DNA from: the human T2T-CHM13v2.0 reference genome, Homo sapiens | Assembly (NCBI RefSeq): GCF_009914755.1 | Contig: NC_060939.1 | Direction: 5' to 3' (one strand) | DNA: 64,000 nt | Shown: positions 48,543 through 58,835 of the stretch, piece by piece | How the letters are laid out: every line of letters begins with the position of its first letter | Numbering within the stretch: the first letter of the stretch is position 1 | Position numbers and translations under genes: made by a program | The notes under the pieces: generated by a model | Seen by the model: the letters and a program-made list of their open reading frames with translations, nothing else | Databases searched by the model: none | Told to the model about the DNA's origin: nothing

Positions 48543-49533
48543 TTTGAGGAGCATATAACATGAAAAAGATAATTTTAATATACTTTCTTAATACTGATTT
48601 AGATAGACAACACAATTATTCTACACCAAGAATCTAATACAACACTTGAGCACTACTTCATGTATAACAGAACAGGAAGTAAAGGAGAGAACTCATGCTG
48701 GAAAGTAAAATAGCTTTCACTTATTTACCTTAGCAATACATATTATAATTCCATCTCTAAATTAACATTTATTGTTCCAATATTCTTATTGAGGCAAAAA
48801 TCAAACACTGATAATCAATGTGAAACCATTTCCTCCTTTTTAAAGAATAACAGCTTTTAAAAGTAGGTGCCCTGTTCCTTATATTAGTAGTGAGTATAAG
48901 TCACAGATCACAGAATTGTAAAGCACCATAGAGGCATTAGACCAATACACCAATTTTACAAATGTAGCAGCTGAGACTCTGGAACAGCAGGTAACTTGCC
49001 CGAAGTCATACTGGTCATTAGTGGTCCAACACAAATAAGAATCTAGATCTTCTCACTTTCAGCCTAGGAATATAATACATAAAAATTGTACTTATATTCA
49101 TATTCAATGAATTGTCTCTGTATGATGTGATAATATTCAACTTATCTACACAGTGCTTTAAGGCACTCATATGTTAGTTAACACATACCAGTTTTGTTCT
49201 AACATTCTGAGCACAAAGAAGTAATTGAAGAAATGCATGTATCATAAAGCTATGGAAAAGATTTTCTAAGTATTAAAAAACCCTATATATATGTTCAAAT
49301 GAATAATTTTCCAAGTATAATACAACTGCTATATTGCAAAGAAGGTTTAAAAAATTCCCTTTCCCCTTCTAACTGCTTCAGAACCAGAGATCTGTTTCTA
49401 CAAAGTAGGTACCCACTTGTAGATTTAAGCATAAAACATGTTCATAGCTCCCTCTCATGACCATTGAATACTATACAAGCCTCCTTTTATTCTCGCTGTT
49501 GTATTCAACTAACAGCTCACTGGCTAAGTTTTA

Positions 49534-49590
49534 ATTGCTTCCAATGAGGTCAGCAAAGGTATTTATCGAAAAGCCCTGAATAAAAGGCTC
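49534..49590 (+). promoter_or_regulatory. FGF7: FGF7 core promoter
   Basis: ATTGCTTCCAAT (C/EBP-like, CCAAT at 49541-45) overlaps TGAGGTCA (CRE-like, 49545-52). TATA-like TATTTAT at 49560-66 lies ~30 nt upstream of the (CA)n-starting first exon. Confidence 0.75.
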
Positions 49591-49789
49591 ACACACACAC
49601 ACAAGCACACACGCGCTCACACACAGAGAGAAAATCCTTCTGCCTGTTGATTTATGGAAACAATTATGATTCTGCTGGAGAACTTTTCAGCTGAGAAATA
49701 GTTTGTAGCTACAGTAGAAAGGCTCAAGTTGCACCAGGCAGACAACAGACATGGAATTCTTATATATCCAGCTGTTAGCAACAAAACAA
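49590..49789 (+). other. FGF7: FGF7 non-coding exon 1 (TSS approximate)
   Basis: Matches the recalled KGF mRNA leader and ends at the donor CAA|GTAAGT (49789/49790). Confidence 0.85.
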
Positions 49790-50380
49790 GTAAGTTACTG
49801 TTATTTGTCTTTTAAAACAATGCTGAATGTTTTCTAAAAGTTTATCTCTTTTTCTGATTTTAGTACTGAGCAGGAAAGTAAAGTTACAAGATTTTTGAGC
49901 CATGTAACTATAGTAATTATGCTGTAGAACATAAAGATAAGGTTGAAGTTCTCCAGAGCAATCCTGACATTTAACTTAAAAAACCTGGGCAGTTCAGGAG
50001 AAAATAATTGATTAACCACAAATGTAAAAGCATATAATAAAGAAGTCTAGGGAGAAAGCAGTTACACTTTGTTAGCAGTAATTGTAAAAACTTAATTTAA
50101 ATCAATAGTTCTGAGTGCAGTATGGTTCTCACAAAATAGCAATTGGAATGAATGGTACAGTCATATTCTGTTTTGTCTCTACTCATGCATAAATTTTATA
50201 AATCTACACATAAAGTGGTAAAGATTTTGACATCCTCTGTGAAGGCTGTTTTAAATGTATCTTCAAAGAATAACCTATACTGTATTCTAATGCTACTACT
50301 TACCCACTAAAATTTACACATACAATTTTTTATCTTCCTCTCTCCTCCCCTCCCTATTCTTAATCTCTCATTGCAAACAG

Positions 50381-50646
50381 AAGTCAAATAGCAAACAGCG
50401 TCACAGCAACTGAACTTACTACGAACTGTTTTTATGAGGATTTATCAACAGAGTTATTTAAGGAGGAATCCTGTGTTGTTATCAGGAACTAAAAGGATAA
50501 GGCTAACAATTTGGAAAGAGCAACTACTCTTTCTTAAATCAATCTACAATTCACAGATAGGAAGAGGTCAATGACCTAGGAGTAACAATCAACTCAAGAT
50601 TCATTTTCATTATGTTATTCATGAACACCCGGAGCACTACACTATA
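50381..50646 (+). other. FGF7: FGF7 exon 2, 5' UTR portion
   Basis: Pyrimidine tract with ...ttgcaaacAG|AAG acceptor at 50380/50381. Joining to exon 1 reproduces the recalled mRNA junction caaaacaa-aagtcaaatagc. Confidence 0.88.
50565..50577. promoter_or_regulatory. Perfect IR-1 nuclear receptor element AGGTCA-A-TGACCT
   Basis: Exact match to the consensus inverted repeat with a 1-nt spacer. Function is unproven. Confidence 0.45.
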
Positions 50647-50932
50647 ATGCACAAATGGATACTGACATGGATCCTGCCAACTTTGCTCTACAGATCATGC
50701 TTTCACATTATCTGTCTAGTGGGTACTATATCTTTAGCTTGCAATGACATGACTCCAGAGCAAATGGCTACAAATGTGAACTGTTCCAGCCCTGAGCGAC
50801 ACACAAGAAGTTATGATTACATGGAAGGAGGGGATATAAGAGTGAGAAGACTCTTCTGTCGAACACAGTGGTACCTGAGGATCGATAAAAGAGGCAAAGT
50901 AAAAGGGACCCAAGAGATGAAGAATAATTACA
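50647..50932 (+). CDS. FGF7: Fibroblast growth factor 7 (KGF), first coding exon: codons 1-95 plus 1 nt
   Basis: [95 protein letters not shown] is the human KGF N-terminus (signal peptide, NCS sequon). Phase-1 donor ACA|GTAAGT at 50932/50933. The remaining exons were not seen in the window. Confidence 0.99.
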
Positions 50933-53900
50933 GTAAGTAATTTTAAGTACTGCTCATGAACCTTAGCAATCTGTTAATGGATCAATTTTCAGGTGACATG
51001 TTTTCTCATCTTCCTTTTGCTTCTTGGAAAAAAAATTAAATAAAATGTCACCTAATTTCTCTAAATTGAACTATGTTGAACTATGCCCCTAAAAATATCT
51101 CTTTTAACAGGGCAAATCTACTTACATTATAGTTGGACCTGATAATCCAAGCCAATTTGAAAATATATACTCCTTGTCCTGAAAATGCTCATAAGTTAAG
51201 CAAAATGTAAATAATATTATTCACACCAAAATGTGACTTAATATTGTCTAAGCAAAACTCATTAAGATATCTAATTTAGAACTTCATAAATTATCACTAA
51301 AAGCTATTTATCACTAGTTTAAAGAGTAGGGAAATTATTTTTATTAATTTGATTTTCTTTGAAATAATATTTTCATGATGTAAATTAAAATACTTAATCT
51401 GTGCTAAGATATGCATTCCTTTGCAATTGTGTATAATGATAAAATAGAAGGGAATCTGTGGTATCCTTATTCATTTGAGTCATAATGAGCTTGTATTAAG
51501 TTGATGACTTATCAACTTAGGCAGAAAAACAGATCTCTCCTAACGTTTTCCTTAACTAAATCTTTTATGTCATAAAAGTTCTGTGCTATCTTAAGAAAAA
51601 TGTAAAGGTGAGGGGAAAAAAGTGGGCTGGAAGAGATGGTAATTCCATGTTTTTCAATTTAAAGCCTTACATTTTTCCCAAGAATCAGTTATTCTTCTTA
51701 TGTTAAAATATCAGGGTTGTGTTTTGCATTTAATGGTTATGATGAATAACCAACTTCAATAGTATTAAATGTAATGGAATAAGATACACACCTCAACATG
51801 TACATTAAGGATTTAAAATACTTAGTAAAAATAAATTTTGTTTACATTACTAGCACTCAGAAAACATTGTTATTAATATATAATTTCATATTAATTGTTT
51901 TAAAGTCATTTGAAAAAGAATGCATGGGGAGACTGGTGTAAACATGTGCAAATCACAGTGCCAGGCTTGCAGCAATTACTCAAACTTTTGTTGCCTGTTT
52001 ACTGAATGACTTTTAGGGTTCTGAACTAATCAACCAATCAATGGGAATTTCAGAGAATTATGTTTCCAATATGAAAATGAGAAGACCTTCTTTTTAACCA
52101 TAATTGATATAGAATGTTAAGGCCATTTTAATGACTGGACAGTTATGGTTTTATTATTATTATTTATTATTATTACTGAGATTAATAAAGGTATCATGTT
52201 AGTTCTAGAAGATCATTCTTATTATACTAAAGTTTATCTAAGGAAATGACTATTTGGAGAAAATTTTTTTGATATCTACTTCTATATAAGCAACAGAATT
52301 TGGCTTATAATTAATTTATTTAAAAGTTGCTCAGATTTATCATGGATAATATCATGGATATAATAACAATATTATATATTATCATGGATAATATATATCA
52401 ATAATAATATCATGGATAATAAAACCTGGTGGAGACGACAGAGCCTAGGTAAAAATTATGACACATGGGGCAACTCCCTGTCTACGAATGATCTGGGGAC
52501 AATTTCTTTGTTTTTCTGACCCTCAATTTTTCATCTATAAAATGTGGGATAGGTACAGATGATTTCCATGATACTTTCCAGTTCTTATAGTCTATTCTAT
52601 TTTAAACCACAGAATATATTTCATAAATATAAAGAAACCTAAATACCCATTGTATAATTATCTCACACAACGAATGAGATGAAAGTAATAGGATAAGCTG
52701 TCAGAACTAATTTCAAATTATAGCAATAAGGTTACCAAACCTTAACTGTGGAATTCTACATGCTGACTACTCCTTTTGAATCCTTTTACCAAGTAATGAA
52801 AAAGCAAAAAAGTAGATGTAAAATCCAGTGAAAATGAATAGTATGCATAATTATTTAGGATCAACAATATCTTCAACTGGAATACATTTGCATATGTAAA
52901 TTTTATTTTGTTTGTGTTAAAATTTCTTGAAACAATGAAACTCAGGTAGTACACATGCATAAAATGCTAAAATTATTTTATAGTTTGAAATACAATTTAG
53001 TGCTAACTTTGAGTAACCCTAAAGCCAATTTTGTAAACCATCTCCTCTAACACCAATTCTATAGCACAAAAGAAAAAAAAAGGAAGTCGCCCTATATTGT
53101 TATAAATTAGAATGTCACAATACCAGTGTACTAAAAAGACAAGATACACATCATGTAAATAATTTTTACTTCTATAAACTTTTTAATAGGCTGTATATAT
53201 GGTATACTTTCTTGATATCGTTAATTATCCTGGAAAGGGAAACTTTCATCAGAATCCTTTAAGTAAACCCTAAAACTGTCGTAAGGTTATGTGGCTATCT
53301 TATTGGAGAAGGAGTCAGTAAGATTTCTCCAAAGTTAAAAAGAGGATAAGCCACTCTTTTTTTTCTATAGGAAGTCCTTAGGTACAGAGGGAAATGCTAC
53401 AATGAAGAATATATGGAGAATAACATGTTAGAAGAAAATTCTGATAGCCATTTCCTATTATTTGAAGGGTAGCCTTACTATAATAATTTTAAGAGTGAAT
53501 GTCCAATTGTGCTAATTGACACATGTGAAGTTGAAGCTGCTATATTAGGAAATCTAGGTTCAAAAAATGCTCAGAATTTGTTTAAAATAACAAGAATGGA
53601 AACTTGAAATTATGACATTTGAAGATTGTTTACATTCCTCAATCATTAATTGAATGAATGGACAAATAAATGAATGAAAGAATGTTTCCTTCCTATTTTC
53701 ATTAAAATGAGAGAAAAAGGTAATTGGATTGTCTACTAGAATGAAATGCAGCAGGATTCTGATTAAAGATCAGAATCAAACTCAGAATTTCATTTTCAAT
53801 GTTTTGATGCCTTAAATTTTTTCAACAGGTTGTCATGTCAATCACCTTTCTTTGGAGGTCTTTTAAGTTAGTATAGATTTTAGTGTCTTGGAAGATAAAA

Positions 53901-55969
53901 TTTTACATGAAAAGTAATATGCCAGCTATGCAAAATATAATTATTCTTCTGGTTACCAAAAGAAAGTCCCCAATCTTTTCTCATGACTTTTTTTTGAATG
54001 ACTGACCTGAGAATGTCAATAGGCTTCAGAGGACTACTCACTTCACCAGCAGAAGCAATGCTTCCACACAGGAATGTGGTTTTTTAAGATACTAGTAAAT
54101 ATGGCTTGGAGCTAGCAGGAGAAGTAAAATATCTAGATGTATAATTCTGCTTCCACAATGTTTTGGGCTCGGGTAGATGGTTGGAGGGCATGGAGAAAGA
54201 AAAGGGAGTGGTGGGCAAGTGGATGTGACTGCTCATGTCTCATAACTTTAGGGAATTTTAAAAAATTACTTAAGCTATCCTGGATTGTGAGGTTGTCACT
54301 TACTTTAGTCTTACCTTAATTACTGTGTTGTTTTGTAAAATATTTTAAGTTTAGATTAGAATGAATATATTACAGAAAGAGTGCATCAAGGAACCCAACG
54401 GAAATAAGACTTGTATTAGTAGACATATAAATAAGAACTATGAAGATGGGGGAATTCATGAGAGGCCAAGAGATACTGGACCACATTTCTGACTCTTGAG
54501 GGGACAGAAGCTGCTACTAGAGAACTGGTCATAAGGATTGTGTACTACTGTTACCCAGGAGGCAGAAAGTCTCTCCCCTTTACTTATCTCTCTGGTGGCT
54601 TCACATTTAGCCTAACAGTGGGTTTCCAGGTGATGAAACTAGTATCTAACCTTAACTAATAATAAGAATACTAAAAGCATAAAATGTCCCTCCAAAGTAC
54701 ACATTCAAAATGAAGTAAATATTCATTTTCTCTGCAGAAGAAGAAGAGCATTGAGAACATCATAAAAGGGTGAAATGAATGGTCGATACTTCCACTTTTG
54801 TTGTCAGAACTCTCCCCATGGGGACAAGATCAGAGGGTGAATTTAGATTACTGCTGCACCAGGCAGTCCAACAGCAGACAGAGGCTATCATTCTGCACCT
54901 GACAGAAATAACACTGCTCTTTAAGCTGAATATTGAGGTGCCGAGTGAGAGAAAGCAGCAGTGCACTGGGCACTCAGTGACCGCCTTGAGAGACAGATGT
55001 GGAAGACAGAATCCAATCCCTCAGGATAATTTTCATGCTTTTGGTATCCAATTACTAAAAAGTTGTGCTCTTCCCAATAATAGTCAATATCATCTACTCC
55101 TTTTAAGAATTTCTTGTCATAAATTGCCTCACTTGATTATAATGAAGCACTGTTAGTTCCATAGCAAGAAAAGGGTTAGCCATTCTGAAAACTGGCCAAT
55201 GATTTGGCAATATTCTCTTTTGGACTGTTAGACTGTGATGGGATATGGCCTAACAATTGGCAAAAGGCAAATAAACACAGCGTTGCTGAATTTGACTTTG
55301 GCTACAAAACCTTCAGCGACTCATTTGTCAACAATTCTTTGGATAGGCTCCTACTTAACAATAATGTGTTAGAAGCTAGCAAATACACATATTGCCTCTG
55401 AATATGGAGATGGTAAATTTGCTTATATTCTAAACAGTTCTTAGCAAGTTATCTAAAAGAACAATAATTCACATTATCAGAATCAAAAATAGCAATGTAA
55501 GGACAACCCCTGCCTTTAAAAAAATAGATAATAAGTAACATATCTACGCAGTCGAACCAAAATCCTAGCAATTATAGACAAGGTAGAATCTTGTAGAACT
55601 GGTGACCCGCATTCCCTTAAGTAACTTGTTAGGGCTTTAAATTATGAAGAATGGATAAACTGCTGGGGAGCAGATTTGAAAATATTAGCCATTCTTTGAT
55701 TAGTTTTTAATTTTATAATCTTTTCTTTTTGGCTATCACATGTGCCTGGCACTTATGAAGTGCTAATAAGTTCATTCATTGCCACGAGTGCATCTCTTAT
55801 CATCTCTTTTCTCTTTTGTAAATCCTCATCTAGACTGACCCTTATGACTCAGCTGTACAATAACTCTTTAACCTACAGTTCTAGAGCATTCAGAGGCCCA
55901 AGTGAATTACAGAGAATGGAAGAAGTCAGCTCTTAGATATATTGAAAGGGTTGCCTTTCTACATTTTTC

Positions 55970-56280
55970 TATCTCTCAACCTTGTCTAAATATTACAATC
56001 AGCTGGGGAACTTTAAAAAAATACTGATGCCAGTTTCCACCCACAAAAAATTTTTCATTAAATTGATCTGAGGTACAGTCTGGGCATCAGGAATTTTAAA
56101 AGCTTCCCCAGATAATTCTGACATGCTGCCAGGGATGAGAACCACTGGACTAAGGGGATCACATTAGATTACTGGGGAATTAAGTCAGAATCTCACAAAG
56201 GTGGGAAGGACCAGGCATTAGTATTTGTTAAAGTTCTCCAATGATTCTAAAGTGCAGCTAAGGTTGCAAACCACTGCTTA
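55970..56280. mobile_element. MER5A plus an adjacent MER5 fragment
   Basis: ctctcaacctt...aatcagctggggaactttaaaaaaatactgatgcc...gatgagaaccactgg, then a second end at gtgcagctaaggttgcaaaccactgc. Confidence 0.8.
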
Positions 56281-56845
56281 TGGAGAACAAGAATTCTAAT
56301 TCAGCCTGGACCACCTCAGGGGTCTTGGGAATGTTTCAGACCCTGTAGAGGGATTCAAAGTTAACTTGAACCCTAGAGGATTTTGAAATAGGCTTGATTA
56401 GGCATAAATCTCTGAATTATGCACCAAGAGGGTTCTTCTGGGCTCATCTGACCTCTCTGACAAATCTTAGTGGCTCCAACATTTGGTGAACTGGCCTGGA
56501 AATGTACGTGATGATAGCTCTGTAGCTACTATGTTAAGAAGACTGCTTTGGTGAATGAGTTAGCTGCAGGGAAGAATAGGTTCTGTACCACAGCCTCACA
56601 ATGACAGGCAGGTCTGCATCTCTTCTGACACTTTAAAGTGGTGTTGCAGTAGGGTACTTGAAGTACAGGCCTCAATGTCTGCTTATTCTGCACTTAAATG
56701 AGCCACCTTATGACTATGAACTCAGATGCTCCCAGATTAGGATCTCACCTCTCATGGCCACACAACCAAGTTCAAAGGCAGAGGTTTAAGGAGACAACCT
56801 CTAGCCTAGGAAACCCAGGGGGAGAGAACCACAATTCTAGAGGGT

Positions 56846-57239
56846 TGGCTTAGTCTGCTTTGTGTTGATATAAGAGAATACTGCAGATTGGATAATTTAT
56901 AAAGAAAAGAAATTTATTCTTCACAGTTCTGGAGGCTGGGAAGTCCAATATCAAGGTAATGGCATCTAGCAAGGGCCTGCTTGCTGTGTCATTCCATGGT
57001 GGAAGGTAGAAGGGCAAGAATGTATGAGAGTAAGAGAGTATGAGACAGACAGGGCTGAAATCATTTTTTCTAACAACCCATTCTCTTCATAACTCACTTC
57101 TGAGAAAATGACATTAATCTATTCAGGAGGTTGAAGCCTTCATGGCCTAATCACCTCTCAATGGTCCCATCTCTTAATACCATCACAATGGCAATTAAAT
57201 TTCAACATGAGTTTTGGAGAGGACATTCAAACCATAGCA
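56846..57239 (-). mobile_element. MST (MSTC/D-like) MaLR solo LTR
   Basis: TG...CA termini (tggcttagtctg...ttcaaaccatagca) with a 5-bp TSD AGGGT at 56841-45 and 57240-44. Confidence 0.9.
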
Positions 57240-58609
57240 AGGGTCTATCCAGATCAGAGAAAAGACATAAAGCTAGAGGACTGTTCTCTTTTTAAGACTG
57301 GAATGATGCACAACATTAGGGCAAAGCTTTTTTTATTTTCTAAGGATCATAGCTTTCTTCCTTTGTATCACACAATTTTTGGTAGCACAATAACTTCTCT
57401 AACATCACTATTGGAATACAATACTTTTCCATTTTTAAATTTTATATATCTCACAATAAAATTATGTATACTTAAGTAATATGGAGAAAAATGACTCTTG
57501 TTCAATGAAATAGACTTTAATATAAACTCCTTTACTAAACAACATCTAACATTTTTACCCCTCAAATAGGTTGTAAATGAAAATCCTCTGCCTTCCACAT
57601 GATTTGCAAAATTGTGTTAAAGAGTCCCTGAATGTTTAACCGCTTTTGGACCAAGTTTTTTATCTGCATTTGAGATTATATCTGGACATATCTTTAGTAG
57701 AGAAGTCGTGTCAAATTCACTAACAAAAATGTCATTAAAGTTCCTTAACTATGTGTATGAAAGGGTTTGTGTAGTAATATGTAAAGACAAAGTGATTAAG
57801 ATGGGGAGTGAGAGAGGAGAATTATCCAGTACCCATGCCCAAGTAAACCTTGTCTTTAGGCAGGCAACATCATTCTCAGAGGAAAAAAATTTGATGTATA
57901 CTGGGGAGAATTGGCTCTAGAGATTCTCCAGTTGCTTAACTTCCCTCCAGAAGAAAGTAATCTCTTCTACTGGAGTGGTCATGAGTACTTGATAGAGTCA
58001 TTAGCTAGTGTCCATCTAAAAATAAAGAGGAAGAAAATATCTTTGTGAACAGGAGGAAAAAGAGCAAAAGAGAAAAGGAAAAAGACTTTACATAAAAATT
58101 ATTGGATTTTAAATCTTCTGTAAACTTAAAATGAAGCAAAGTTTCTCATAAAATATAGCCCCACTAACTTTCTTGATGCACTTAAAGAATGAGACAATGG
58201 AATGACAAGATAGTAGAAGGAAGAAACAAAACCACTAAAATGCTGGGGGTTGGATTTAACTAGAAATTGAAATAACAATTTCAGATAATAATACAGAGGG
58301 GTTGAAATGATAATAAATTATTACAGGTATTACTCAAATAGGTTTGAATCTCTTGGTTGATTTTGTGCCGAAAACTGTAATAATCTTTGCTTATTTATCA
58401 GAATTATTCTGAAACTGAATTTATTTTTAAGATTAATGTAAGAGAAATAAGACATGTTTCAATATCCTCAAATATCACATTTGTTATATTCTATTGTAAT
58501 ATTTCCCATTTTATCTGGCTACTTGAACTTTAGATGTAACTGTAAGTAATGCTAAGAAAATAGTTTGAGACCAAATTCAGAATGAACTCAGCTTGCAGAA
58601 TTTTCTTAA

Positions 58610-58835
58610 GGTAATATTTCCAAACTGTGTTTCTTTATAACACTAGTGCCCCCTGAGATATTAAGGCTGTTTCCTGTAGCACAGCTTCTCTAACTAACCT
58701 GCTGAGAAATATTAGGTTAAATAAAATTGAACAATTTTCTTTCAGCAGAATTTCTCTGAGTCTATACTATACTAATGAGAATTTTTAAAACTCTAGGAAA
58801 AGAGTATACATGATTTCTTAAACTTATTTGACAAC
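58610..58835. mobile_element. Degenerate hAT/Charlie-type MITE remnant
   Basis: atttccaaactgtgtttc...aacactagt and atttcttaaacttatttgac resemble hAT MER ends. The family was not resolved. Confidence 0.4.

Noticed and set aside
49590-50932. Window is one of the dispersed FGF7 pseudogene duplications
   Set aside because: As I recall, those copies carry only the downstream exons. Here the promoter, exon 1 and an intact first coding exon are present.
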